Of a stretch of 58,497 nucleotides of DNA, positions 1 to 9,970 are shown piece after piece (within the stretch, counting starts at the first letter, position 1; every line of letters begins with the position of its first letter). The notes below the pieces were generated by a model. The model had not been told where the DNA came from. It made no database searches and saw only the letters and a program-made list of their open reading frames with translations. The position numbers and the translations under genes are program-made. Location: the sequence record SRR22947727_2297. One strand, 5' to 3'.

Positions 1-40
1 AGACCGCTGGCAAGCCAGCTTGTCGCCCTGATGGTTCGAA

Positions 41-2299
41 TTAACTTAAATTATGCGGGTCCATGTCCACGGTGACAATCACATCGTCAGGAAAAGTGAG
101 GTCTTTGATGATCGATCGAATGTGGCCAGCGATGCTGCGGGGATTCACGGATTTCAGCATGATCTGAAACCGCCATTGGTCGTGGGAACGAATCAGTGGT
201 GACGGCAGCGGCTCGGTCATGCCAATGTCATCAGGGAGATTCCGTTTCAGTCGCGTATGAAGCGTTTGCAGGGAAAATTCGGCGCGCTGCTGGTGGGTTG
301 ACCGAACTGTGATGATCGCGAGGTGAAAATAGGGTGGGTGATGAAACTGCTTTCGCATTTGAATTTCTTCGTCGGCAAATCCTTCGAAATCGTGATGGCG
401 GCCGAACTGAATCGCTGAGTGATGCGGCGTGTAGGTTTGAACGACGACTTCGCCGGCGATATCGCCTCGCCCAGCTCGACCAGCAACTTGTGTGATCAGC
501 TGAAAGGTGCGTTCTCCGGCGCGGAAATCGGGAATGTGAAGGCCGACGTCGGAATTCAAAATCCCCACGAGCGTCACGTTGGGAAAGTGAAGCCCTTTGG
601 CGATCATTTGCGTTCCGAGAAGAATGTCGATCTTTTTGGCTTTGAATTGAGCCAGGGTATCGCGGAGCTGATTTTTCTTACGCATCGAATCGGTATCGAC
701 GCGGGCAACTCTTGCGGTGGAGAAGACCCTCCGAATGGTTTCTTCGGCGCGTTCCGTGCCATAGCCGGCGTTGACGATGGCTTTTGATTTGCACTCGGGA
801 CACTGGCGCGGCGGCAGTTGGGAGTAGCCACACATGTGGCACATGAGGCGATCTTCCTCGCGGTGAACGGTCAACGTCAGGCTGCAGTGCTTGCACTCGG
901 CGACGTAGCCGCATTCCGGGCACATGATGGAGCGGGCAAAACCACGACGATTCAAAAAGAGAATGGTTTGCTCGCCTTGTTCGAGTCGCTTTTCGACCGC
1001 GAGCCGGAGTTTGGAGGATAAAATTGGGATTTGGCCCTTTTGTTTGAGCGCTTCGAGGCGCATGTCGATGACGCGGACGAGCGGTAATCCCCGGTCATCG
1101 ACTCGTTTTTTCATCTGAACGAGATCATATTTTCCGACGTCGCAATTTTTCCATGATTCGAGCGATGGCGTGGCACTTCCCAACAGGACCGCACAATTTT
1201 CGAGGTGGCCGCGCACGACGGCGAGGTCGCGGGCTTGATAGCGGGGAACGGTTTCCTGTTTGTAGGAATTTTCGTGCTCCTCATCGACAACGATCAGTCC
1301 GAGATTTTCGATTGGAGCAAATACAGCGCTGCGGGCGCCAATAACGATCTTGGCCTGCCGGTTGAGCACTTTCTTCCATTCGTCATGACGTTCGCCGGCG
1401 GAAAGGTTGCTGTGAAGGACGGCGACTTGATCCTGTATTTTCGCAAAACGGGTTTTAAAACGATCGGCGGTCTGTGGAGTGAGAGAAATTTCGGGAACGA
1501 GAACGATGGCGCCCCTTCCTTGGTCTAGGCAGTGCTGAATCGCTTGAAGGTAGACTTCGGTCTTTCCGCTTCCGGTGACGCCGTGGAGCAGAATCGGTTT
1601 GGCGGGTTTTTCCCGGTTTAGTTCACAAGCCTGAACGACCGCATCCAGCGCGACGACTTGTTCGGGGTTCAGAGTTAAGGGAGCGGACTCGACAAACGTT
1701 TGGCCTGCAAAAGGATCCCGCTGAACGGTTTCATCGATCACTTCAACGAGGTCGAGTTTCTCGAGAGCGGTAATCGATGGACGGGCGATCCGATGTTTCG
1801 CAGAAAAATCCTGCAGTGAGATGGTGTTTTCAGGCGCATCCTTGAGCAATTCGAGGGCTTTGACCTGTTTCTTAGCGCGTTTGCCGAGTTTCTCGATGGT
1901 TTCGCTGTCGATGTTTTCACTCTTTAGCCGAACCACTTTGCGAGTTTTCTCGGCCGACTCGGGCGAGCGCACAGCCTGAGGTATCATTGCGCGAAAGGCA
2001 GATTCAACCGGTGCCAGATAATAATCCGACATCCAGTGAGCCAGTTTCATCAACGGCTCGGTGAGAATCGGTTTGTCATCGAGCAGGCTGGTGATGGGCT
2101 TCAGCGCATACTTGGTGGCGTCAGTGTCGACTTCAGTGACGTGAAGCACCGTCCCGAAAGCAGTTCGATTACGCAGAGGAATAGACACACGACATCCCGC
2201 CGCGACCATTCCAAAGAGATTGTCTGGAATCGCGTAGCTGAAGTGGAGATCGTCAGATGCTCCATCGATAAGAACCGCCGCAACCGGGATAAGTGGCAT
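41..2299 (-). CDS. priA: Primosomal protein N' (replication restart helicase)
   Basis: Walker A GVTGSGKTEVYL, DEEHE box, four CxxC zinc motifs (CPEC/CKHC/CHMC/CPEC), QVAGRAGR motif, C-terminal VDMDP. Confidence 0.97.
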   Translation of the reverse strand: MPLIPVAAVLIDGASDDLHFSYAIPDNLFGMVAAGCRVSIPLRNRTAFGTVLHVTEVDTDATKYALKPITSLLDDKPILTEPLMKLAHWMSDYYLAPVESAFRAMIPQAVRSPESAEKTRKVVRLKSENIDSETIEKLGKRAKKQVKALELLKDAPENTISLQDFSAKHRIARPSITALEKLDLVEVIDETVQRDPFAGQTFVESAPLTLNPEQVVALDAVVQACELNREKPAKPILLHGVTGSGKTEVYLQAIQHCLDQGRGAIVLVPEISLTPQTADRFKTRFAKIQDQVAVLHSNLSAGERHDEWKKVLNRQAKIVIGARSAVFAPIENLGLIVVDEEHENSYKQETVPRYQARDLAVVRGHLENCAVLLGSATPSLESWKNCDVGKYDLVQMKKRVDDRGLPLVRVIDMRLEALKQKGQIPILSSKLRLAVEKRLEQGEQTILFLNRRGFARSIMCPECGYVAECKHCSLTLTVHREEDRLMCHMCGYSQLPPRQCPECKSKAIVNAGYGTERAEETIRRVFSTARVARVDTDSMRKKNQLRDTLAQFKAKKIDILLGTQMIAKGLHFPNVTLVGILNSDVGLHIPDFRAGERTFQLITQVAGRAGRGDIAGEVVVQTYTPHHSAIQFGRHHDFEGFADEEIQMRKQFHHPPYFHLAIITVRSTHQQRAEFSLQTLHTRLKRNLPDDIGMTEPLPSPLIRSHDQWRFQIMLKSVNPRSIAGHIRSIIKDLTFPDDVIVTVDMDPHNLS

Positions 2300-2344
2300 G
2301 TACTGTTGATCCCATGGAATACGGTCCGTTTCAAGCGGAACACA

Positions 2345-2380
2345 AAAAAACGCCCATCGGCGAACCGAAGGACGTTTTTA
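2345..2380 (-). terminator. Intrinsic terminator after porin-like gene 2410..3135
   Basis: Imperfect hairpin CGTCCTTCGG-TTCG-CCGATGGGCG followed by a T-run on the minus strand. Confidence 0.75.
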
Positions 2381-2409
2381 AAGTAATAAGCTTCTATCGA
2401 AGCGAAGAA

Positions 2410-3135
2410 TTAGAATTCAACGCTAAGAGAAACACCACCGTGAACGATGTCGTCTTGGATAGAATCAATCGCGTCGAGAGCGAAGAGACCACCAATGTAA
2501 GGAGAGAGCGTTACGTTGCTGCTTAGAGCGATTGGCAACGAAGCCTGAACGTAAGCGTGGTTTAAGCCACCACCCTGTGAGAAATAATCAATTGAGTAGC
2601 CAACGCCAGCGCTGATTACGAGATCGGTGTTGTCAGAGATGCCGAATGACTTCTCAACACCAGTGTCGAAATACCATGCTTCCAGCTCTAAGTCATAGTG
2701 AGCAGAAGCGCTCATGTCTACGATGCCGAGGCTACGAGTAACACCCGCTGCGATTTCATAAGTTTCTCCACTGCCGAGCTCTGGGTAGAGGAAGGCAGTA
2801 GCTGTGATTGAGGTATCGAATCCAGCGATAGAAGGACCAGCAACGCTCGCATAGAGGTCAAGCTCGTCGTTCTGTGAACCAGAAGTTGGGTTAATGTACC
2901 ATACGCCAACGCTAACAGGAATTGGAAGTTCTGTGATTGTGTAATCAATCCCAGTCCAAATCGCGTTTTCGCCGAAATCTACCCCGTAGAAAAGGTAGTT
3001 GGTCATGTATCCTGTGCTGATCGTAGCACCGAGTGACTCTTCAGCCACGATTGGTGCTTTTGCGTCAACATGATCTCCAGCGTTTGCGACTACCGCAAAG
3101 GCTCCGATTGCTGCAACAAGTGCTTTAATTTTCAT
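2410..3135 (-). CDS. Outer-membrane beta-barrel / putative porin (Gcw_chp/TorF-like), paralog 1
   Basis: Signal peptide, DAKAPI N-terminal motif, amphipathic beta-strands, DELDLY motif, C-terminal Phe. Confidence 0.75.
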   Translation of the reverse strand: MKIKALVAAIGAFAVVANAGDHVDAKAPIVAEESLGATISTGYMTNYLFYGVDFGENAIWTGIDYTITELPIPVSVGVWYINPTSGSQNDELDLYASVAGPSIAGFDTSITATAFLYPELGSGETYEIAAGVTRSLGIVDMSASAHYDLELEAWYFDTGVEKSFGISDNTDLVISAGVGYSIDYFSQGGGLNHAYVQASLPIALSSNVTLSPYIGGLFALDAIDSIQDDIVHGGVSLSVEF

Positions 3136-3289
3136 TTAGTTATACCTTGGTTTTTAGTTTTGTTGATGTCAAATCCGACCGAAGTCAGGTTCTCTCCGTT
3201 GGGTTAACGCCATGCCAAGTGTTGAATTTTTCTGACAATGCCAACCCCGCGGAACGCATAGCTTCACGAATCCTTAGAAAAAAACAACA

Positions 3290-3326
3290 AAAAAATGCCC
3301 CTCGGACGAATCCGAGAGGCACTTTT
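3290..3326 (-). terminator. Intrinsic terminator after porin-like gene 3374..4102
   Basis: Hairpin TGCCTCTCGGA-TTCG-TCCGAGGGGCA followed by a T-run on the minus strand. Confidence 0.85.
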
Positions 3327-3373
3327 AAAACCAAGGTATTGTAAATTAGTTACTTACGTCGGAAGAAATCCGA

Positions 3374-4102
3374 TTAGAAATTTACGCTGATGCTTACACC
3401 ACCGTGAACTTCGTCGTCCTGTGCATTTTCAAGTGCGTCAAGAGCGACGAGGCCGGCAACATATGGCGTCAAAGTAACGTTGCTCCGAAGTGAGATCGGA
3501 AGCGATGCGCTAACGTAAAAGTGATTGAAGTCAGAACCCGAAGCGTGGTAGCCATCCTGGTAAGAAACACCAGAGGCGATCACGAGATCCATGTTGTCAG
3601 AGATACCAAATGCTTTTTCAGCACCTGCTTCAGCATACCAGCCTTCGATTTCGAAGTCGTAGTGAACCGACGCGTAGATGTCAACGATTCCGAGGCTGCG
3701 GCTAACGCCGAGTGCAACTTCGTATGTCTCATCGCTGCCTGACTCAGGGTAGAGGAAGGCAGTTACGCTAACAGCTGTATCAAATCCAGCGAATGAAGGA
3801 CCCGCAACAGCAGCGCTGATGTGGAGTTCGTCGTCGTTGCCCTGATTGCGGCTGTCAGTTGGGTTTACGTAGAAAACGCCGAGGTCAACGTCCACTGGAA
3901 GTGCAGTAAGCGTGTAGTCGAGGCCTGTCGAGATAGCGTTGTCGCCGCGGATTTCACCCCGGAAAATGTAGCTGGTATCGTAACCTGTGCTGATTGTAGC
4001 TCCGAGATCGTCTTCGATAACGATTGGTGCTTTGGCGTCTCCGGCATTGGCGAATGTTATCGCGAATGCCCCGGTAATTGCAATAAATGCTTTCAGTTTC
4101 AT
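3374..4102 (-). CDS. Outer-membrane beta-barrel / putative porin, paralog 2
   Basis: Colinear with 2410..3135 (LGATISTGY, DEL, VAGPS, ETYE, SLGIVD, HGGVS), signal peptide, C-terminal Phe. Confidence 0.75.
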   Translation of the reverse strand: MKLKAFIAITGAFAITFANAGDAKAPIVIEDDLGATISTGYDTSYIFRGEIRGDNAISTGLDYTLTALPVDVDLGVFYVNPTDSRNQGNDDELHISAAVAGPSFAGFDTAVSVTAFLYPESGSDETYEVALGVSRSLGIVDIYASVHYDFEIEGWYAEAGAEKAFGISDNMDLVIASGVSYQDGYHASGSDFNHFYVSASLPISLRSNVTLTPYVAGLVALDALENAQDDEVHGGVSISVNF

Positions 4103-4362
4103 AGTAGAACTTTCCCTTGGTATTGAGTTTTGTGGTCTTGGTTTTTAGCCCTTCACCAATCCGCCAGAAAGACGGAACTCGTATGACAAGTCACCTCCAT
4201 TGCGATCGGAACTTTGATCGAACAGTTTGGTGCGCAAGCAGTTGAGGGTGAAACGCTTTCTTTTTATAACGAATGTGTCACTAAGCGCAAGTTCTTTTCG
4301 CAGAAACGCTCAGAGTTGAGTCACGCGATGACGCCTGTAAGCCGCTGTAATCGAGGCGAGGC

Positions 4363-5256
4363 TTACCAAATTCGCTTCATGAATTTGGTGAAGGGTCCCT
4401 CTCTTTTCTTCGGTTTTGATGCTGGTTTGTTGGCCGGAGCGTCAGTTTTGGGCCAATTTTCTGCAACGGGCTGTGCAGGATTACCAGTTTCTGAGGGTTT
4501 TGAAGGAGGTGTGATATCGCGAATGCCCTCCGAAGGAGCTGGCGCTGCTGGTTTTTGGATCGGTGGCGCGGGAGCTGGAGTGTCCACTTTTGTGATCGGA
4601 GCAGGCAAGGGCTTAGGAACCGGGGCTGGCGCGGGAACGACTGCTGGAGCTTCCCCAAGCACTCGCGCGCTTTTGATTAAAATTCGATCAACGGGAACAT
4701 TGCTTTTGTCGGCCGCCGCATTGCCGATTTCGACAAGTGTTTCGAGGCCCGAAACAACATTGCCAAAAACCGTGTATTCGCCATCGAGGGACTCAATTTT
4801 ATCCAATGCCACGTAAAACTGGCTTCCACTGGATTCTTTGGCTGGATTTACTGCGTCGCTGAGACGGGCCATTGCCAAAGACCCTTTTAGGTGAGGTTTC
4901 CCTAATTCAGCCGGAAGGGTGTAGCCCGGCCCACCGGTTCCCCACATTCCCCGTTTGAGTGGCTCTTTAGAAAGGGGGTCTCCTGCCTGAACGATGTAAC
5001 CCGGAATAACGCGGTGAAAAATCGTCCCGTTATAAAAGCCGTTATTGCAGAGTTTGCGGAAATTTTGAGAGGTTTGGGGGGCGTTCACCTCGTCCAATTC
5101 AACCACGATGGACTGGTCTTTGCCTTTAAAGGTTACGACCATCTCAACCTGACTGGTCAGTGGGGCGGCTTCGAGCGTTGAAACCATGGCTCCACAAATC
5201 CATGCGGCTGCGAACCATCCGCGTGCTGAGAGCATTCCATTCCTGCGTGTCTTCAT
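4363..5256 (-). CDS. Cyclophilin-type peptidyl-prolyl isomerase with Pro-rich C-terminal tail
   Basis: FYNGTIFHRVIPGYIVQAGDP, GSLAMAR, SGSQFY, LDGEYTVFG motifs; start moved to ATG 5256 to avoid overlap with the upstream gene. Confidence 0.92.
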   Translation of the reverse strand: MKTRRNGMLSARGWFAAAWICGAMVSTLEAAPLTSQVEMVVTFKGKDQSIVVELDEVNAPQTSQNFRKLCNNGFYNGTIFHRVIPGYIVQAGDPLSKEPLKRGMWGTGGPGYTLPAELGKPHLKGSLAMARLSDAVNPAKESSGSQFYVALDKIESLDGEYTVFGNVVSGLETLVEIGNAAADKSNVPVDRILIKSARVLGEAPAVVPAPAPVPKPLPAPITKVDTPAPAPPIQKPAAPAPSEGIRDITPPSKPSETGNPAQPVAENWPKTDAPANKPASKPKKREGPFTKFMKRIW

Positions 5257-5306
5257 CTTTTTATAAAAGGGGTTGTGGCAGGTCCCATGTTTCGCGGCTG
5301 ATTGAT

Positions 5307-6113
5307 TCAGGATTCCTGAATCTCCCAACCATTTGGTAATCTACCCGCATCAGCTGCTTCTGTAAACGAGCGTTTTACCAGCGCCAAGCCGAGGGTAGCG
5401 GAACCTTCAGGAATCGCGGAGGTGATCTTCCCCATCTTTTTACCTTCAAGGGTTACCGGTTCCTCAACTTCGATGGGTGGCGTGTCACCAGAGGCTTTCA
5501 GGCAAATGAGGGTTCGCTTAACCTGACCAACGCTCTCAATGCGGGAAATGATTTCCTGACCGAGGTAGCAACCTTTGTGAAAGTTCACCGCCGTTTTATC
5601 AAGGCCCATCTCCGCAGGCAATTCATCTCCGGTAAGTTCATGGCCCCATTTAGGAATTCCGCGCTGAATCCGCATCGATTCTACTGCGTCAGCCCCAATT
5701 TGATCGCCCTTAGGCTTGAAATTCTTATCTGAAGAAGAAATCCAAATATCTTTTCCCGGTTCACCCAGGCGCTCGGAAGCGATGCCATCGGCTGACTTTT
5801 CCAAGACATGAAAGAGCTTGAAATCGTCCGTGATGTCTTCGAGTTCACAATCATCCGCGATCAAATAGCGATCTAATCGGGTGAAGAGCTCTTCGCGCAA
5901 TTCCGCATCGCAATCGATAAAGAGGGCATCATCCTTTTCCGTGATCCAAATCAGGGCTTCGATTTTGCCCTTCAGGTTGCAAACGCAGGCCGGAATGGCT
6001 TTCCCCGATAAATCCTGATCGATCTGATTGGAAACCTGTCCGTTCAAGAATCGAACGCGATCAGGGCCGGACAACTTCAGTTTGGTGCGCGCGGAAAGGT
6101 CAATCCAGCTCAT
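5307..6113 (-). CDS. ygfZ: YgfZ/GcvT-family folate-binding protein
   Basis: Signature KGCYLGQE; GPDRVRFLNGQVSN N-terminus. Confidence 0.9.
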   Translation of the reverse strand: MSWIDLSARTKLKLSGPDRVRFLNGQVSNQIDQDLSGKAIPACVCNLKGKIEALIWITEKDDALFIDCDAELREELFTRLDRYLIADDCELEDITDDFKLFHVLEKSADGIASERLGEPGKDIWISSSDKNFKPKGDQIGADAVESMRIQRGIPKWGHELTGDELPAEMGLDKTAVNFHKGCYLGQEIISRIESVGQVKRTLICLKASGDTPPIEVEEPVTLEGKKMGKITSAIPEGSATLGLALVKRSFTEAADAGRLPNGWEIQES

Positions 6114-6988
6114 TCCGGCTTGTATTCCACCTCGACGAGTTGCTCCTGATAATTGGATGCGAGCGATGCATAATCTTCTTCGCCATGTCCTTTCTGCATC
6201 GTCCGGAACATGACACTGGCAGTGGTCGAAAGGGCCGGGAGATCGACTTTGTATTCATTTGCCAAATTCAGAGCGAATTGAGCGTCCTTGAACATATTCT
6301 TCAGCGCAAAATGAGGTTCGTATTCCCGATTGATGATCGCGGGGAGTTTCATTCCGGTAAGTGGTGAAGCACAGCCATTATGCTCCAATGCTTCGATGAG
6401 TTTGTCAGGATTGAGGCCCGCTGAAACCGTCAACGCATACGCTTCGCTCAAAATCTGAACGGTCGTGGCGGAAATCATGTTGGTAGCGATTTTGATTAAG
6501 GAAGCGTCACCCACCTTGCCGATGTAAATGATCTCACGCCCCGTAACTTCCAACAAAGGACGGACACGTTCGAGGATTTTTGTATTGCCGCCGATGTAAT
6601 AGACCAGTGCCCCCTTCTCCGATGCTTCTTTGCTCCCCGTAAACGGAGCTTCTAAATAGGAAGCGCCCTGAGCCTCCACCAATTCACCTGCTTTGATGGC
6701 GGCCGCCGGATCAACCGTGGAATTATTGATGATGACGTGTTTCTTCGTTAATCGGCCATCAAGTTGACCGATCACGTCTAGAAGGGCTTCCCCATTGGTG
6801 ACAAAAATTTGAATGACTGTCGCCAGCTGGGTGATTTCCGCCGGCGAACTTAGGAAATTGGGTACTGGCTTGGGAGAGCGGCTCCATACATAGACGTGAC
6901 GATCGCTGCTGCGAAGTCGCTCTGCTACCCGACTGCCGATGATTCCGAGTCCAATGACTCCCACTTTTTCTAAACTATCTGATGCCAT
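6110..6988 (-). CDS. NAD(P)-dependent oxidoreductase, 3-hydroxyisobutyrate/6-phosphogluconate dehydrogenase family
   Basis: VGVIGLGIIG Rossmann motif, YLEAPFTGS, KIATNM, FALKNMFKD; start at ATG 6988 (MASDS). Confidence 0.9.
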   Translation of the reverse strand: MASDSLEKVGVIGLGIIGSRVAERLRSSDRHVYVWSRSPKPVPNFLSSPAEITQLATVIQIFVTNGEALLDVIGQLDGRLTKKHVIINNSTVDPAAAIKAGELVEAQGASYLEAPFTGSKEASEKGALVYYIGGNTKILERVRPLLEVTGREIIYIGKVGDASLIKIATNMISATTVQILSEAYALTVSAGLNPDKLIEALEHNGCASPLTGMKLPAIINREYEPHFALKNMFKDAQFALNLANEYKVDLPALSTTASVMFRTMQKGHGEEDYASLASNYQEQLVEVEYKPE

Positions 6989-7063
6989 GTTTGATCTGGT
7001 CTGTGGATTTCGTGTGGGGAAAAATCGACGTTTCACGCCATTCTGCAAGCCTTACGATTATTA

Positions 7064-7106
7064 CGAACCAATAGGGTAAGTTCGATGAACTGACAGTATT
7101 AGATCG
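7064..7106. repeat. 21-bp palindromic repeat array (2 units)
   Basis: cgaaccaa-taggg-taagttcg a tgaactga-cagta-ttagatcg. Confidence 0.65.
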
Positions 7107-7183
7107 AAACGCTTGCATTTCCTGAAGTCTCACGCTAAAAATTCCGTCTTTGAAGTCCTCGGAACACTTACAAACCTGCTACT

Positions 7184-7726
7184 TTGGCGGCTGAGAGCAA
7201 AAACGAATCACCACACTTAATCGGGTATCGACTGCTGATTTTTGGCGTATTGATGGCGACGTGGTTTATATTTTCAGGTCTGAATGATGGTTTTCACCTT
7301 TCACTGGGCGTGATTTCCTGTGTGTTTGTCTCCTGGTTGTCCGCTGATTTGCTGTTTTCTGATCGAAGAATTGGAATTGCAGCCCGGATTGGCCAATTTT
7401 TTCGCATGTCTGGATACTTCGTTTGGCTGATGTGGCAGGTGGTGCTCTCGAATCTTCATTTGTTGAAGTTGGCTTTTCAAGGACCAACGGCGCTTTCACC
7501 TCAGATCATCCGCTACGAGACGACTTTGAAATCCGATTTCGAGAAATTCTTGCTCGCGAACTCGATCACGCTGACACCGGGAACTATTACGATGAAGATT
7601 CTCGGGAACACCTTTTACGTCCACGCCGTATCCGATTTCACGGCAAAAGGGCTCGATGGTGAAATGGAGCGCCGCATTTCAGCAATTTTTAATCCGCAAC
7701 CAAAGGGAGGGAAGTCCAATGGTTGA
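7184..7726 (+). CDS. mrpE: Mrp Na+/H+ antiporter subunit E
   Basis: LANSITLTPGT motif; first gene of the operon; TTG start. Confidence 0.92.
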   Translation: MAAESKNESPHLIGYRLLIFGVLMATWFIFSGLNDGFHLSLGVISCVFVSWLSADLLFSDRRIGIAARIGQFFRMSGYFVWLMWQVVLSNLHLLKLAFQGPTALSPQIIRYETTLKSDFEKFLLANSITLTPGTITMKILGNTFYVHAVSDFTAKGLDGEMERRISAIFNPQPKGGKSNG

Positions 7727-8033
7727 TTTCTTTAATGGGACGTTTTCCCACTTCGTTGGAGTTGCTCTCTTTTTGATGATGTTGCCGGCTTTGTGGCGTG
7801 TTTGGATCGGGCCGACTGCGATCGACCGGATTCTCGGGGTCAATGTGATTGGAACTAAGACGGCGGTGCTTCTCGTGATTATTGGATCGATTTTCAAGCA
7901 GGTTGAAATGTTCGTCGACTTTGCCTTGGCGTATGCGCTGCTGAACTTTATCGGGTCGATTGCTGCGTCTCGTTTCCTTCACAAAATGCCCGCTTCCGCC
8001 GGTAAACTCAACCGGGAGGAGGAAACCAAATAA
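7719..8033 (+). CDS. mrpF: Mrp antiporter subunit F
   Basis: GPTAIDRILG, DFALAYALLNFIG; start at ATG 7719 overlapping the end of mrpE. Confidence 0.9.
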   Translation: MVDFFNGTFSHFVGVALFLMMLPALWRVWIGPTAIDRILGVNVIGTKTAVLLVIIGSIFKQVEMFVDFALAYALLNFIGSIAASRFLHKMPASAGKLNREEETK

Positions 8034-8035
8034 TC

Positions 8036-8422
8036 ATGGAGAACGCGATTGTCATCATCAGTATGGTCCTGATTTGCTTTGGATTACTTTTCTTTCTCGG
8101 ATCAGCCGTGGGAATTCAGCGTTTCCCTGATTTTTATACCCGAATGCATGCTGCGGGTAAGGGCGACACGCTCTCCAGCTTGCTTGTAATTTTGGGCTTT
8201 GCCGTTTTTCAGATCCACGATCTTGAGTTTTCAGGAAAGTGGATTTCCGAAAACTGGGTAACGCTCTTGGTTATGCTCAAGTTGCTCGCCATTTGTGCTT
8301 TCATCATGATCACCAGCCCAACTTCGACGCATGCGTTGATGGATGCTGGTTGGGAGGACGGGATTGAGCCGGTATTGAAGAAAGACAAGCCGAACAACGC
8401 ATTGAAGGAGGACCAGGGATGA
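8036..8422 (+). CDS. mrpG: Mrp antiporter subunit G
   Basis: RFPDFYTRMHAAGKGDT and SPTSTHAL motifs. Confidence 0.93.
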   Translation: MENAIVIISMVLICFGLLFFLGSAVGIQRFPDFYTRMHAAGKGDTLSSLLVILGFAVFQIHDLEFSGKWISENWVTLLVMLKLLAICAFIMITSPTSTHALMDAGWEDGIEPVLKKDKPNNALKEDQG

Positions 8423-8664
8423 TTCCAATTTTCGATTATATCCTCCTCATTTTCCTGATCGTCGCCGCAGTAATTTCATTGAAGGTAAAGGATTTACTAA
8501 GTGCCTCAATGGTGTTTGGAATTTACAGTTTCCTGATCTGTCTGTTATGGGCGGAAATGGGTGCCGTTGATGTGGCTTTTACCGAAGCTGCTGTTGGGGC
8601 CGGCGTTAGTGCGGTTTTCTTAATCGCGACGGTTTATAATACGAAACGGAGGTCTTCAGATTGA
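8419..8664 (+). CDS. Mrp subunit B-related small subunit (DUF4040 / MrpA C-terminal-like)
   Basis: AVDVAFTEAAVGAG motif, three TM segments. Confidence 0.85.
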   Translation: MIPIFDYILLIFLIVAAVISLKVKDLLSASMVFGIYSFLICLLWAEMGAVDVAFTEAAVGAGVSAVFLIATVYNTKRRSSD

Positions 8665-8668
8665 TTGT

Positions 8669-9481
8669 ATGAAGTGGATTGCCCTCATCGCTGTGACTCT
8701 CACGGGTTCGTTATTGCTTTTCGGAGTGGGTGACTTTCCGGAATGGGGAGACCCACATTCACCTGCCAACCAAGGACCCAAGCTCAAAAGTGGCGAGCAA
8801 GTCTCGAAAGCAGTTTCACAGGATTTTTTGACCGAAACCTACGAAGTCACTAAAGTTCCGAATGTCGTGACGGCAGTCCTTGCCGACTACCGGGGCTACG
8901 ATACGATGTTCGAGACCGTGGTGGTTTTCGCTGCAGGCCTTGCGATTTTTGCAATCTTGCGTGTATTTGGTGACGGAAGCGACACGCCTCCGATGCGAGC
9001 GGTGGAAGACGACACTTTTGTTGAAGGCGATCATTCGCGGATCATTATCGGAACGACCTGCAAATTACTCATTCCGATCATCCAGCTTTTTGCGCTCTAC
9101 GTGATTGCCCATGGACACTACAGTCCAGGTGGCGGTTTCCAAGGTGGGGTGATCATGGGTGCGAGTTTTATCCTGCTTGCGATTGCGCGCGATTTGAAAT
9201 CCGCCCTGGATTGGTTTTCCGAGAAAAATTTCATGACGCTCGCCAGTGTTGGCATCTTGATTTATGCCGGACTTGGAGTGCTTTGTCAGTTCTTCGAAAG
9301 GAACTTTCTGGACTACGGAGCGCTGAAAGTCTTTATGATTTCCAGCGACCATCCTGAACAGATGGCGAGGTCGTATTCAATGTTGGGCGTCGAGATTGGT
9401 GTCGCGTTCACGGTCACGGCGATCATGTTCGCCATTTACGCAAACCTCTCTTCACGGGGTGAACTCAAAGAGGGGCTCTAA
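8669..9481 (+). CDS. mrpB: Mrp antiporter subunit B (MnhB domain)
   Basis: NVVTAVLADYRGYDTMFE and GHYSPGGGFQGG motifs. Confidence 0.92.
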   Translation: MKWIALIAVTLTGSLLLFGVGDFPEWGDPHSPANQGPKLKSGEQVSKAVSQDFLTETYEVTKVPNVVTAVLADYRGYDTMFETVVVFAAGLAIFAILRVFGDGSDTPPMRAVEDDTFVEGDHSRIIIGTTCKLLIPIIQLFALYVIAHGHYSPGGGFQGGVIMGASFILLAIARDLKSALDWFSEKNFMTLASVGILIYAGLGVLCQFFERNFLDYGALKVFMISSDHPEQMARSYSMLGVEIGVAFTVTAIMFAIYANLSSRGELKEGL

Positions 9482-9487
9482 ATCTAC

Positions 9488-9970
9488 ATGCTTGAATTCA
9501 TCCAGGATAACATCCAGCCATATTTCAATTATTGGGTCTACGTGATCCTGATGATGATAGGATTGTGGGCTACGATTGCCAAAAACAATCTCATCAAAAA
9601 GCTGATCGGGATGTCGATTTTCCAAACAGCGATCATTCTTTTTTATGTGTCAGTCGGTGTGAAGGGCGAGGGATCGAAAATTCCTATCGTTAACCCCTAT
9701 ACTGAAGCTAAATCTGCCGAAGTGGTCGGTGCCGATCAGCACGGCGAGCATGGCGCAAAAGGCGGTGGTGAAAAATATATCGTCGAACCGGATAATTACG
9801 CCAATCCACTGCCGCACGTCCTTATGCTGACGGCTATTGTCGTTGGTGTTGCGACACTGGGCGTTGCTTTGGCTGTAGTTCAGATGCTTTTCAAAGAATT
9901 CGGAACGCTCGAAGAAGACGAAATTCTCGCGCAAATAAAAAACGCTGATTCAGCCTCCCCAGATGTCTGA
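9488..9970 (+). CDS. mrpC: Mrp antiporter subunit C
   Basis: NLIKKLIG and NPLPHVLMLTAIVV motifs. Confidence 0.93.
   Translation: MLEFIQDNIQPYFNYWVYVILMMIGLWATIAKNNLIKKLIGMSIFQTAIILFYVSVGVKGEGSKIPIVNPYTEAKSAEVVGADQHGEHGAKGGGEKYIVEPDNYANPLPHVLMLTAIVVGVATLGVALAVVQMLFKEFGTLEEDEILAQIKNADSASPDV

Noticed and set aside
3205-3220. Sigma-54-like TGGCAT upstream of porin paralog 1
   Set aside because: The -12 GC element is missing (reads TTAAC)
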